Positions 16,986 to 25,504 are shown, counted from the stretch's first letter. The stretch is 32,000 bases of DNA from Erysipelotrichaceae bacterium (GCA_963676105.1 OY781039.1:1560001-1592000), one strand, 5' to 3'. Notes: a model not told the origin generated them from the sequence alone. Translations and numbers: made by a program.

Positions 16986-16999
16986 GGAAAACGCTTTCA
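16986..16999 (+). promoter_or_regulatory. cre-like site in the gutM 5' leader
   Basis: GGAAAACGCTTTCA against TGWAANCGNTNWCA. Only the first base mismatches. Confidence 0.4.
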
Positions 17000-17029
17000 C
17001 TTGCTTTGCTCATTACAGAAAGGTAAGGT

Positions 17030-17440
17030 GTGCAATTGGATTATACAAAACTGATTATTGCATTTGCGATTGTATGGTTTGTTCAAGGCTACTTAGCGAT
17101 TGTCCAGAATCGGTCCATGACAAAGACGCTAACAGCAATGCAAAGAAAACATACATCAGGTCATCTTGGTGTTGGAATCAAGAAGGCTAAATGGAATATA
17201 GGGAAAGGGTTTTACATAATCTTAGTTGCAGATGAGACTGGCGTACTAAAGGATGTGCAACTCCTATCAGGCTTTCTCGTTACAGCTCGATTTAAACCCT
17301 ATCCAAAACTGATTGGTTTAAATGTTAGTGAAGCTCGTGCAGCCATTAAGCAGAAAAACATGCTTGCTGCATTCGATGAAGCGATAGGCCGCATCAATAT
17401 AGAACGCAAACATCATGATCTCGAACCTTTCAAAATTTAA
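17030..17440 (+). CDS. gutM: Glucitol operon activator GutM-family protein
   Basis: 136 aa, GTG start. N-terminal TM followed by a GutM-like region (GHLGVGIKKAKWNIGKGFYIILVADETG). Immediately upstream of srlA and srlE. Confidence 0.8.
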   Translation: MQLDYTKLIIAFAIVWFVQGYLAIVQNRSMTKTLTAMQRKHTSGHLGVGIKKAKWNIGKGFYIILVADETGVLKDVQLLSGFLVTARFKPYPKLIGLNVSEARAAIKQKNMLAAFDEAIGRINIERKHHDLEPFKI

Positions 17441-17461
17441 AATTCTCAAAAGGAGGAATGT

Positions 17462-17974
17462 ATGGATTTTCTAGTATTCTTAGCTGAAGGTTTCATTGGA
17501 ATCTTCAATCAAGGTGGATCTACTTTAATGGGTTTAATTACCGGTATTCTACCTACATTAATCGTATTGCTTACATTTGTTAATGCGATCATCGCATTAG
17601 TTGGGGAAGAAAAAGTTGAAAACTTCGCCAAAATGACAACAAAGAACATTATTCTTCGTTACTCATTATTCCCTGTATTGGCTGTCTTCTTCATGACAAA
17701 CCCAATGTGTTATACATTCGGACGTTTCGTTGAAGAAAAACAAAAACCTGCTTTCTATGATGCAGCTGTTTCATTTGTTCACCCAATCTTAGGTTTATTC
17801 CCACATGCAAATGCTGGTGAATTATTTGTTTGGACCGGTATCTCTGTTGGTATTACACAATTAGGTTTAAGTGTTGCTCCTTTGGCAATTCGTTACTTCT
17901 TAGCTGGGGTTATCGTTATCTTAATCCGTGGTCTAGTTACTGAAACTCTCACAAAAATGATGTGGAAGGATTAG
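17462..17974 (+). CDS. srlA: PTS glucitol/sorbitol-family EIIC component (SrlA-type)
   Basis: 170 aa, membrane protein. Characteristic SrlA sequence (FPVLAVFFMTNPMCYTFGRF, HPILGLFPHANAGELF). AGGAGG SD. Confidence 0.9.
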   Translation: MDFLVFLAEGFIGIFNQGGSTLMGLITGILPTLIVLLTFVNAIIALVGEEKVENFAKMTTKNIILRYSLFPVLAVFFMTNPMCYTFGRFVEEKQKPAFYDAAVSFVHPILGLFPHANAGELFVWTGISVGITQLGLSVAPLAIRYFLAGVIVILIRGLVTETLTKMMWKD

Positions 17975-17978
17975 TCTT

Positions 17979-19022
17979 ATGGCTGATAGAGTAGTTAAAG
18001 TTGTTGCTGGTGGTAAAGGCTGGGGCGGACCTCTTTATTTAAAAGAAGAAGGTACACGCAAAGTTGTTGCTTCCGTTACCGGTGGTGGTATCCATCCAGT
18101 AGCCGCAAAAATATCGGAACTTCTTGGTGTTCCAGCTGTTGATGGCTTTAACACTAAAGTTGAACCAGAAGAAATGATCGTTGCAGTTGTTGACTGTGGT
18201 GGTACAGCTCGTTGTGGTGTTTATCCAAAACTTGGTGTATTAACTATTGATTTACATGCAATTACACCTTCTGGACCTCTTATGAAGTTCATGAAAGAAG
18301 ACAATTTTGTTTCTGGTGTTAAAGTTGAGGACATTAGTATGGCAGAAGGAACACCTGCTCCTAAAAAAGCAGAAGCTCCTAAAGCAGAACCTAAGAAAAC
18401 ATCAACTGAAGAAGCTAAAGAAATTAAAGATGAAGCTAAAAAAGTCGTTGCTGAAAGAAAAGCAGAGGAGAAAAATATGGGAAATACAAGTGGTGTCCAA
18501 GCTGTTATCAGTAATATTGGACGTGCTGTAGGTAAGGTCATTGGTGCATTCTACCAAGCTGGCCGTGAAGCTATTGATATTACAATTAAAAACGTATTGC
18601 CATTTATGGCATTTATCTCAATGATGATTGGGTTAATCCTTTATACAGGTATTGGTGATGTTATCGCTAAAGCTGTTGTTCCACTCGCATCAAATCTAGT
18701 GGGAATGTTAGTCTTATCATTCATTGCTGCAATTCCATTCCTAAGTCCAGTTTTGGGCCCAGGTGCTGTTATTGCTCAAGTTGTTGGTGTTCTTGTTGGT
18801 GTTGAAATTGGTTTAGGACATATCGCTCCTTCAATGGCATTACCTGCATTATTCGCTATCAATGCACAAGTTGGTTGTGACTTCGTACCAGTTGGTTTAA
18901 CACTTGGTGAAGCAGAACCTAAAACGGTTGAAATTGGTGTTCCAGCTGTCTTGTTCTCAAGATTATTAACTGGTCCAATCTCAGTTGTTGTCGCTTACCT
19001 ATTAAGTTTCGGTCTATATTAA
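17979..19022 (+). CDS. srlE: PTS glucitol/sorbitol-family EIIBC component (SrlE-type)
   Basis: 347 aa. N-terminal EIIB domain with VVDCGGTARCGVYP (candidate phospho-Cys), a K/E/A-rich linker, and a C-terminal membrane EIIC2 half. Confidence 0.9.
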   Translation: MADRVVKVVAGGKGWGGPLYLKEEGTRKVVASVTGGGIHPVAAKISELLGVPAVDGFNTKVEPEEMIVAVVDCGGTARCGVYPKLGVLTIDLHAITPSGPLMKFMKEDNFVSGVKVEDISMAEGTPAPKKAEAPKAEPKKTSTEEAKEIKDEAKKVVAERKAEEKNMGNTSGVQAVISNIGRAVGKVIGAFYQAGREAIDITIKNVLPFMAFISMMIGLILYTGIGDVIAKAVVPLASNLVGMLVLSFIAAIPFLSPVLGPGAVIAQVVGVLVGVEIGLGHIAPSMALPALFAINAQVGCDFVPVGLTLGEAEPKTVEIGVPAVLFSRLLTGPISVVVAYLLSFGLY

Positions 19023-19044
19023 TAGATAGAACTAATTAATGATC

Positions 19045-19077
19045 AAAGAAGTTCAGAATTCTGGACTTCTTTTTTTT
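19045..19077 (+). terminator. Rho-independent terminator after srlE
   Basis: 12-bp stem aaagaagttcag (19045-19056) / ctggacttcttt (19061-19072) with one G.U pair, 4-nt loop, T7 run. Confidence 0.8.
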
Positions 19078-19092
19078 GTTATCATTTAAGTA

Positions 19093-19779
19093 ATGAAAAT
19101 TAAATTTGTTGATAGTGGAATCGTTGATTCTTACTCAATCAAAGAAGAACTAAAACTTATTAAAGATTTAAACGATGATGAATTGATTATTCGTTTTTGG
19201 CAAGAAGAAGCAATTCTTTTAGGAAAGTTAGATACCGTTTTACCTAAGTATGCTGAGGGTAAACAATTTCTCATCAATAATGATTATAAAGTAGAGATAC
19301 GTAGACAAGGTGGTTTAGCAATCGTCTCAGACTTGGATAACTTAAATATGACCTTTTGCTTTAAAACGAGTGATTTTAATAATCTACACAAACCCTATCA
19401 ATGTGTCGCAAAATACATAAGTGATGTATTAAACACATTAGGTTTAAAAGTCGATATAAAAAGCATAGATGAGTCTTATTGTCCTGGAGATTATGATTTA
19501 AGCGTTAATGGAATTAAATTTGCAGGTATTGCCCAGTATCGAAATAAAGAAGCAATCATTGTAGGTGTTAGTTTATTTGTAAAAGGTGATCAAGAAAAAA
19601 GAGCACAACTTATTAAAGATTTTTATGAAAAGGCTGATGCGAAAAATAGCACACGCCAGACCTATCCAGAGGTTGATCTTAAATCAATGGGAACACTCAG
19701 TGATTTGTTAAAAAAATCACTTGATATCGATGTGGTAAAACTAACTTTTATGGAGTCTAAAATTCACATATGTGAATAA
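19093..19779 (+). CDS. Lipoate-protein ligase / octanoyl- or lipoyl-transferase family protein, catalytic domain only (LplA/LipM/LipL-like)
   Basis: 228 aa. BPL_LplA_LipB-type core with RRQGGLAIV, CPGDYDL and the conserved Lys context VNGIKFAGIAQ. No LplA C-terminal accessory domain. Confidence 0.75.
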   Translation: MKIKFVDSGIVDSYSIKEELKLIKDLNDDELIIRFWQEEAILLGKLDTVLPKYAEGKQFLINNDYKVEIRRQGGLAIVSDLDNLNMTFCFKTSDFNNLHKPYQCVAKYISDVLNTLGLKVDIKSIDESYCPGDYDLSVNGIKFAGIAQYRNKEAIIVGVSLFVKGDQEKRAQLIKDFYEKADAKNSTRQTYPEVDLKSMGTLSDLLKKSLDIDVVKLTFMESKIHICE

Positions 19780-19798
19780 AACCATCACAAAATCTATT

Positions 19799-19832
19799 CT
19801 AAGAATTGACATATGTTCAATTCTTTTTTGTT
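19799..19832 (+). terminator. Weak AT-rich terminator-like hairpin after the lipoyl transferase gene
   Basis: 9-bp stem aagaattga (19801-19809) / tcaattctt (19817-19825), loop catatgt, then ttttgtt. Confidence 0.5.
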
Positions 19833-19834
19833 AT

Positions 19835-19863
19835 TTGACAGTATTATTTCACAATCTTAAACT
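19835..19863 (+). promoter_or_regulatory. Candidate promoter of the SorC-regulator / aco-like operon (TTGACA-17-TAAACT)
   Basis: ttgaca at 19835-19840 and taaact at 19858-19863. Confidence 0.5.
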
Positions 19864-19887
19864 ATTAGTAGCATATGTTACGTTTAA

Positions 19888-19901
19888 ATAACAAATGTTA
19901 T
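19888..19901. promoter_or_regulatory. 14-bp palindrome ATAACA-AA-TGTTAT between the promoter and the SD of the SorC-family gene (candidate operator)
   Basis: Perfect 6-bp arms. Same ACAwwTGT core as the boxes at 16838-16912 and the 16-bp palindrome at 19762-19777. Confidence 0.35.
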
Positions 19902-19912
19902 AGGAGGCAATT

Positions 19913-20857
19913 GTGGCAGATAAAAATAATGATCGTTTGCTGATTGATATCGCTAAAATGTATTACGACGAAGCAGCAACCCAAGAAGATATTGCTCAAC
20001 AGTTTAATATTTCACGGTCTCTTGTTTCTAAGCACTTATCACTAGCTCGTGAAAAGGGTTTAGTTGAGATTGTTGTACATGATGAAAGCATTCAACCTTT
20101 CAAAGTTATTGAAGATCGTATACGTAAGAAATATGACTTAGAAGATGTGGTTTGTGTTTCTAGTGCGGATACCTCTCAAATTAAATTTAGAGTTGGTTTA
20201 GCGGCTGCGAAATATCTTTCTAAGATATTAGCACCAGATATGTTTATTGGCTGTTCTGCAGGAACAACTGTTCATGAAGTGGCAGAAGCAATGAATCTAA
20301 ATCTAAATATGAGTAATTTAACCTTTGTCCCAATGGTTGGGGGACTAGGTATGGCACATACAGATATTCAAGCCAATGTTATCTGCGATATTTTTGCGCG
20401 TAAGACAGGTGGTAATGCCATACAACTTCATGCACCACTAGTTGTAGACGATGAAAACTCACGAGAGGTTTTTGTTAGACAACGCTTTATTAAAGAAATA
20501 TTAGATTTAGCGCGTAATGTGGATGTGGCAGTTGTCGGTATTGGTGGACAACCAGCTTACTATGAAATGACAAAAGCTTATCTTCATAAGATTGAACCAC
20601 TTGATCCTAAGGAAGCAGAGTATGTCACGGGTGATATTCTCTATAACTTCTTTGATACAAACGGAAGAGAAGCTAATAGCGCTTGGAATAAGCGCGTGAT
20701 CAACCTAAGTATTGAAGACTTAATGCAAATACCTAGAGTTGTTGGGGTTGCTTATGGGCCTACTAAAATTGATGCGATACATGCAGCGCTAAGTGGTGAG
20801 TTAGTCAATATATTAGTGACAGATGTTCAAACAGCTAAACTGCTGTTAGATAAATAA
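19913..20857 (+). CDS. SorC/DeoR(Bsu)/CggR-family transcriptional regulator (N-terminal HTH + sugar-phosphate-binding domain)
   Basis: 314 aa, GTG start with GGAGG SD. HTH QEDIAQQFNISRSLVSKHL. C-terminal SorC-type effector domain (GCSAGTTV, VPMVGGLG, VAVVGIG, VVGVAYGPTK). Confidence 0.85.
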   Translation: MADKNNDRLLIDIAKMYYDEAATQEDIAQQFNISRSLVSKHLSLAREKGLVEIVVHDESIQPFKVIEDRIRKKYDLEDVVCVSSADTSQIKFRVGLAAAKYLSKILAPDMFIGCSAGTTVHEVAEAMNLNLNMSNLTFVPMVGGLGMAHTDIQANVICDIFARKTGGNAIQLHAPLVVDDENSREVFVRQRFIKEILDLARNVDVAVVGIGGQPAYYEMTKAYLHKIEPLDPKEAEYVTGDILYNFFDTNGREANSAWNKRVINLSIEDLMQIPRVVGVAYGPTKIDAIHAALSGELVNILVTDVQTAKLLLDK

Positions 20858-20870
20858 AGAAAGGGAATCT

Positions 20871-22259
20871 ATGAGTTCATTAGACACAGTTATTATTGGA
20901 TCAGGACCTGGTGGCTATGTTGCGGCGATACGCGCTAGTCAATTAGGTCAAAAAGTTACGATTATTGAAAAAGCAGATATTGGAGGCACTTGTTTAAATG
21001 TAGGTTGTGTTCCATCAAAGGCCTTATTGAATATTGGTCATCATTTGAAAGATTTAAAAGAATTAAGTACCTTTGGGATTGATGTCAAAGACGCTGAATT
21101 TGATTTTGTAAAAGCACAAAAATTCAAAGATCAAAGAGTTGTTAAAAAATTGAGAATGGGAATCACTGGGCTTCTTCAAAAGAATAAGGTTGAAGTGATT
21201 AATGGTGTTGCTGATTTTACGTCAGCTAATACGATTGAAGTGACAAGTGATGGAAAGAAAACATCACATACCTTTAAGAACGCCATTATTGCGGTTGGTG
21301 GAAGACCAGTTGAACTTAAATTCTTACCTAAAGATGAAAGAATATTAGATTCTAGTACAGCTTTAAATTTAAAAGAATTGCCAAAATCAATGATTGTCAT
21401 TGGGGCAGGTTATATCGGTTCAGAACTTTCTGAAGCTTATGCAATGTTAGGAACTAAAGTAACTTTGATTGAAGGAACACCAAATATCCTTCCTGGATTC
21501 TCAACAGACTTATCAAGTTTAGTTGCCAAGAATTTTAAAAAACTAGGAATTGATGTTGTAACGGATGCGATGGTTGAATCTGCTGAAGTTAAAGACAATC
21601 AAGTGACGCTTAAATATAAACACGCAGGTGAAGTGAAAACAGCGAGTGCTGATTATGTGCTTGTATCAGTAGGGCGTAGACCTAATACAGATTTACTATC
21701 ACTAGATAAAGCAAAAGTTGAGGTAGTTGATAGAGGTTTAATTAAAGTAGATCAACAAAGCAGAACAACAAATAAAAACATCTATGCTATAGGTGATGTG
21801 ACTGAGGGTTTAGCATTGGCTCACAAAGCATCTTATGAGGCAAAGATTGTAGCTGAAGTTATATCGGGTTCTAAAAATATTATCGATTATAAATGCATTC
21901 CAGCTGTGTGTTATACAACACCTGAGATTGCGAGTGTTGGTTTAAGTTTAGACGAAGCTAAAGCTCAAGGTAAAAAGGCAAAATCATCGGACTTCCCATT
22001 CCAAGCAAATTCAAGATCAATCGCACATGGGAATACTGAAGGTTATGTACGCTTAATCTTTGAAGAAAAAACAGAACTTTTACTGGGCGCACAAGTCGTC
22101 GGTGCCAACGCTAGCGAGATGATTACAAACTGTGGTTTAGCGATTGAAAATAGTTTAACTCTAGAAGATATTGCCTTAACCATCTTCCCACATCCATCAT
22201 TTGCGGAAAGCATTATGGATAATGCGGAGATTGGCTTAGGCTATCCAATACATATGTAA
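20871..22259 (+). CDS. acoL: Dihydrolipoyl dehydrogenase (E3)
   Basis: 462 aa. FAD motif GSGPGGY, redox disulfide GGTCLNVGCVPSK, C-terminal HPSFAE. Confidence 0.9.
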   Translation: MSSLDTVIIGSGPGGYVAAIRASQLGQKVTIIEKADIGGTCLNVGCVPSKALLNIGHHLKDLKELSTFGIDVKDAEFDFVKAQKFKDQRVVKKLRMGITGLLQKNKVEVINGVADFTSANTIEVTSDGKKTSHTFKNAIIAVGGRPVELKFLPKDERILDSSTALNLKELPKSMIVIGAGYIGSELSEAYAMLGTKVTLIEGTPNILPGFSTDLSSLVAKNFKKLGIDVVTDAMVESAEVKDNQVTLKYKHAGEVKTASADYVLVSVGRRPNTDLLSLDKAKVEVVDRGLIKVDQQSRTTNKNIYAIGDVTEGLALAHKASYEAKIVAEVISGSKNIIDYKCIPAVCYTTPEIASVGLSLDEAKAQGKKAKSSDFPFQANSRSIAHGNTEGYVRLIFEEKTELLLGAQVVGANASEMITNCGLAIENSLTLEDIALTIFPHPSFAESIMDNAEIGLGYPIHM

Positions 22260-22273
22260 GAAAGGATGAATAT

Positions 22274-23263
22274 ATGACAACTTCATTAAAAAACAAAGCA
22301 AAATTAAATGACGAGCAACTCAAAGAAGCCTTTAAGAAAATGTGGCTCGTTCGATACTTTGAGGAAAAAGTTGATTTCTTTTTCGCTCAAGGTAAAATTC
22401 ATGGAACAACTCACCTAGCTGTAGGTGAAGAAGCGAGTTCGGTTGGATCAGGGGCCGTTCTTCGTACAACTGACTGGATCACCGCAACCCATAGAGGTCA
22501 TGGTCAAACCATTGCGAAGGGTACCAAAGTTAATGTCATGATGGCAGAACTCTTTGGGAAAGTCACTGGAACCAATAATGGTAAAGGTGGATCAATGCAT
22601 ATTGCTGAACTTGAAACCGGTAACTTAGGCGCAAATGGTGTTGTTGGTGGTGGTTATGCGATTGCGGCAGGTGCAGCTTTATCTGAACAAATGAAAGGGA
22701 CTGATAATGTTGCCTTATGTTATGCAGGGGATGGATCAACCAATGAAGGGTCATTCCATGAAGCACTAAATATGGCTTCTGTTTGGAAATTACCCGTCGT
22801 TTATTTCATTGAAAACAATATGTATGGTATGTCGGGTCCAATTAAGGAAATGGCTAATATTGAAAACTTATCAGATCGTGCAAAATCTTATGGAATTCCT
22901 GGAATTACCATTGATGGTAATGACTTAATCGAAGTTATTAATACGACTTATGAAGCGGTTGAAAGAGCACGTAAAGGTGAAGGTCCAACCTTAATTGAAG
23001 CGAAAACCTATCGTTGGAAAGGTCACTCTAAATCTGATGCGAAGAAATATCGTACACGTGAAGAGGAAGCTTACTGGCGTGAAGAAAAAGACCCAATTGA
23101 AAATGCGAAGAAAGCCTTTATTAAAGCGGGTGTTTTTACAGAAGAAGAATCAGAAGCGATTAGACAAGCTGCATTTGATGAAGTTGAAGCAGCTGTTGAG
23201 TTTGCGAATGAAGGCGAAACCATTGGTGTAGATGAACTCTATACAAATGTGTTGGCAGATTAA
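22274..23263 (+). CDS. acoA: TPP-dependent dehydrogenase E1 alpha subunit, acetoin-dehydrogenase (AcoA)-like
   Basis: 329 aa. [25 protein letters not shown] and the TPP motif GDGSTNEG. Size and motifs are closer to AcoA than to Gram-positive PdhA (from memory). Confidence 0.8.
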   Translation: MTTSLKNKAKLNDEQLKEAFKKMWLVRYFEEKVDFFFAQGKIHGTTHLAVGEEASSVGSGAVLRTTDWITATHRGHGQTIAKGTKVNVMMAELFGKVTGTNNGKGGSMHIAELETGNLGANGVVGGGYAIAAGAALSEQMKGTDNVALCYAGDGSTNEGSFHEALNMASVWKLPVVYFIENNMYGMSGPIKEMANIENLSDRAKSYGIPGITIDGNDLIEVINTTYEAVERARKGEGPTLIEAKTYRWKGHSKSDAKKYRTREEEAYWREEKDPIENAKKAFIKAGVFTEEESEAIRQAAFDEVEAAVEFANEGETIGVDELYTNVLAD

Positions 23264-23274
23264 AGGAGGCAATT

Positions 23275-24258
23275 ATGAGAGAAATTACATATTCAGAAGC
23301 CGTACGTGAAGCATTAAGTGAAGCGATGCGAGAAGATGAAACAGTCTTCCTAATGGGTGAAGATATTGGTGTTTATGGGGGTGCTTTCGGTGTTACTCGT
23401 GGCATGATTGAAGAGTTTGGACCAGAGCGTCTAAGAATTACACCAATTTCAGAAGCTGCTATTTCAGGTGCAGCAATTGGTGCAGCTATGACTGGTATGC
23501 GTCCCGTATTTGAACTTCAATTTTCAGACTTTATTACCATCGCAATGGATAATATTGTTAATCAAGCAGCTAAGATCCATTACATGTATGGTGGCAAAGC
23601 TAAAATTCCTCTAGTCATGCGTACACCGGGTGGATCAGGTACCGGTGCTGCAGCACAACATAGTCAAAGTTTAGAAAACTGGACAGCTCATATTCCTGGA
23701 TTGATTGTCATTCAACCATCAACTGCTTATGATGCGAAAGGTTTACTCCACTCAGCCATTAAAAATAATAACCCTGTTATGTTTTATGAGCATAAACTCT
23801 GTTACCGTACAAAAATGGATGTACCAGAAGGGAAATATGAAATTCCTATTGGGGTAGCTGATGTGAAAAAAGAAGGAAGTGATATTACAGTTGTCGCAAC
23901 AGGTATTATGGTGCACAAAGCATTAGAAGCTGCTGAAATATTAGCTCAAGATAATATTAGTATTGAAGTGGTTGATCCTCGAACACTTGTTCCTTTAGAT
24001 AAAGATACAATCATTAATTCTGTTAAGAAAACACATCGTGCAGTGGTGGTCACTGAAGCGGTTAAACGCTCTGGTTTCTCAGCTGAACTTGCGAGTGTGA
24101 TTGCCGAAGAAGATTCATTTGATTATTTAGATTATCCATTGGTTAGATTGGCTGGAGCAGAAGTTCCAATTCCTTATGAACCAACAATGGAAAAGGCGGC
24201 AGTTCCACAAGTGAATGATATTGTAGAAGCTTGTAAGAAAATCATGGAGAGTGTGTAA
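23275..24258 (+). CDS. acoB: E1 beta subunit of the 2-oxoacid/acetoin dehydrogenase complex
   Basis: 327 aa. Transketolase-like pyrimidine-binding and C-terminal domains ([25 protein letters not shown]). Confidence 0.9.
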   Translation: MREITYSEAVREALSEAMREDETVFLMGEDIGVYGGAFGVTRGMIEEFGPERLRITPISEAAISGAAIGAAMTGMRPVFELQFSDFITIAMDNIVNQAAKIHYMYGGKAKIPLVMRTPGGSGTGAAAQHSQSLENWTAHIPGLIVIQPSTAYDAKGLLHSAIKNNNPVMFYEHKLCYRTKMDVPEGKYEIPIGVADVKKEGSDITVVATGIMVHKALEAAEILAQDNISIEVVDPRTLVPLDKDTIINSVKKTHRAVVVTEAVKRSGFSAELASVIAEEDSFDYLDYPLVRLAGAEVPIPYEPTMEKAAVPQVNDIVEACKKIMESV

Positions 24259-24260
24259 TT

Positions 24261-25457
24261 ATGGCAAAAGAAGTCTTAATGCCTAAACTCAGTTCTACCA
24301 TGGATGAAGGTAGTGTAACTGAGTGGCTTAAAAATGTTGGTGATACAGTCAAAGTGGGTGAACCAATCTTTGAAGTTATGACTGATAAAATCGCGATTGA
24401 AGTTGAAGCTTATGATGCAGGCGTGCTTTTAGGTCGATACGTTGAAGTGGGTGAAAAAGTACCTGTTAATAGTGTTATCGCACATATTGGTGAAGCAGGT
24501 GAAAAAGTTGAAGCTCCAGCTAAAGCGGCTATTGCTAAAGCGGAAGTAAAAGAAGAAGTCGTTGAAGAAGTTAAAGCATCTTCAGTGCCTGTTATTAATC
24601 CGACAGGAGATACTCGCGCAACCCCTGCGGCACGTAAATTAGCACGTGAAAAAGGTTTAGATATCAATGAGATTTATCAAAGTTTAACCGATAGTCCACG
24701 TGTGCATTTAAAACATGTCACAAACTATGTGCCTAGTGCTAAAGCATCGAGCGCTCCTGTTCAAAGTGAAGTTGTTGTACCTTGGAAAGGTATTCGTAAA
24801 ATGGTGGCAGATCAAATGGTTAAATCTAAGAGTACTGCACCACATGTTACCTTGAATGCTGAAGTTGATACGATGAAGCTAGTTGAGCTAAGAAAAACAT
24901 TATTAGCTAACGCAAAAGAAGATGATACACGCATTTCTTATACACACCTTATTGGTTACTTTGTGTCTAAGGTACTTACAAAACATACAAATGTAAATGC
25001 GAGAGCACTTGATGATGGCATTCATCAATATTCTAGTGTTAGTTTAGGTATCGCAACTGCGATGGATGATGGACTGATTGTCCCAGTTGTGCATAATGCT
25101 GATAGTTTAAGTATTCAAGAACTTGCGACTAAAGCAAAAGATTTAACTAAACGTGCTCGCTCTAATGCTCTTGTAAGTGAAGAACTTAATGGTGGTACCT
25201 TTACCATCACATCACTGGGGACAACTGAAGTTCTTAACTTTAACCCAGTAATTAATGTTCCTGAGATTGCGATCTTAGGGGTTGGGAAAACATATACAAA
25301 GCTCGAGTTTGATTCGAATAAAAATGTCGTTGAGAGAACTAAACTACAATTAAGTCTTTCCTTCGATCATAGAGCGATTGATGGTTATCCTGCGGCCTTG
25401 TTTTTGAGTGACTTGGTAAAAGTCTTAGAAGATCCAGGATTATTAGTTCTATATTAA
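24261..25457 (+). CDS. acoC: Dihydrolipoamide acyltransferase (E2): one lipoyl domain, E3/E1-binding domain, catalytic domain
   Basis: 398 aa. Lipoyl-Lys context EVMTDKIAIEVEA, subunit-binding TPAARKLAREKGLDINEI, catalytic DHRAIDG. Confidence 0.9.
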   Translation: MAKEVLMPKLSSTMDEGSVTEWLKNVGDTVKVGEPIFEVMTDKIAIEVEAYDAGVLLGRYVEVGEKVPVNSVIAHIGEAGEKVEAPAKAAIAKAEVKEEVVEEVKASSVPVINPTGDTRATPAARKLAREKGLDINEIYQSLTDSPRVHLKHVTNYVPSAKASSAPVQSEVVVPWKGIRKMVADQMVKSKSTAPHVTLNAEVDTMKLVELRKTLLANAKEDDTRISYTHLIGYFVSKVLTKHTNVNARALDDGIHQYSSVSLGIATAMDDGLIVPVVHNADSLSIQELATKAKDLTKRARSNALVSEELNGGTFTITSLGTTEVLNFNPVINVPEIAILGVGKTYTKLEFDSNKNVVERTKLQLSLSFDHRAIDGYPAALFLSDLVKVLEDPGLLVLY

Positions 25458-25469
25458 AATAAAGATAAT

Positions 25470-25504
25470 AGTGATATTGGGGTTAATCTTTGATATCACT
25501 TTTA
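25470..25504 (+). terminator. Possible terminator after acoC
   Basis: 8-bp stem agtgatat (25470-25477) / atatcact (25493-25500) with a large loop and a short T-run. Weak. Confidence 0.4.

Noticed and set aside
18221-18541. 106-aa (-) and 74-aa K-rich (+) ORFs inside srlE. Also the K/E/A-rich stretch of SrlE itself (about 18340-18490).
   Set aside because: The alternative-frame ORFs are artefacts of a low-complexity GAA/AAA/GCT-rich linker between the EIIB and EIIC halves of SrlE. Flexible linkers of this kind are common in PTS permeases, so I did not treat it as a separate feature.
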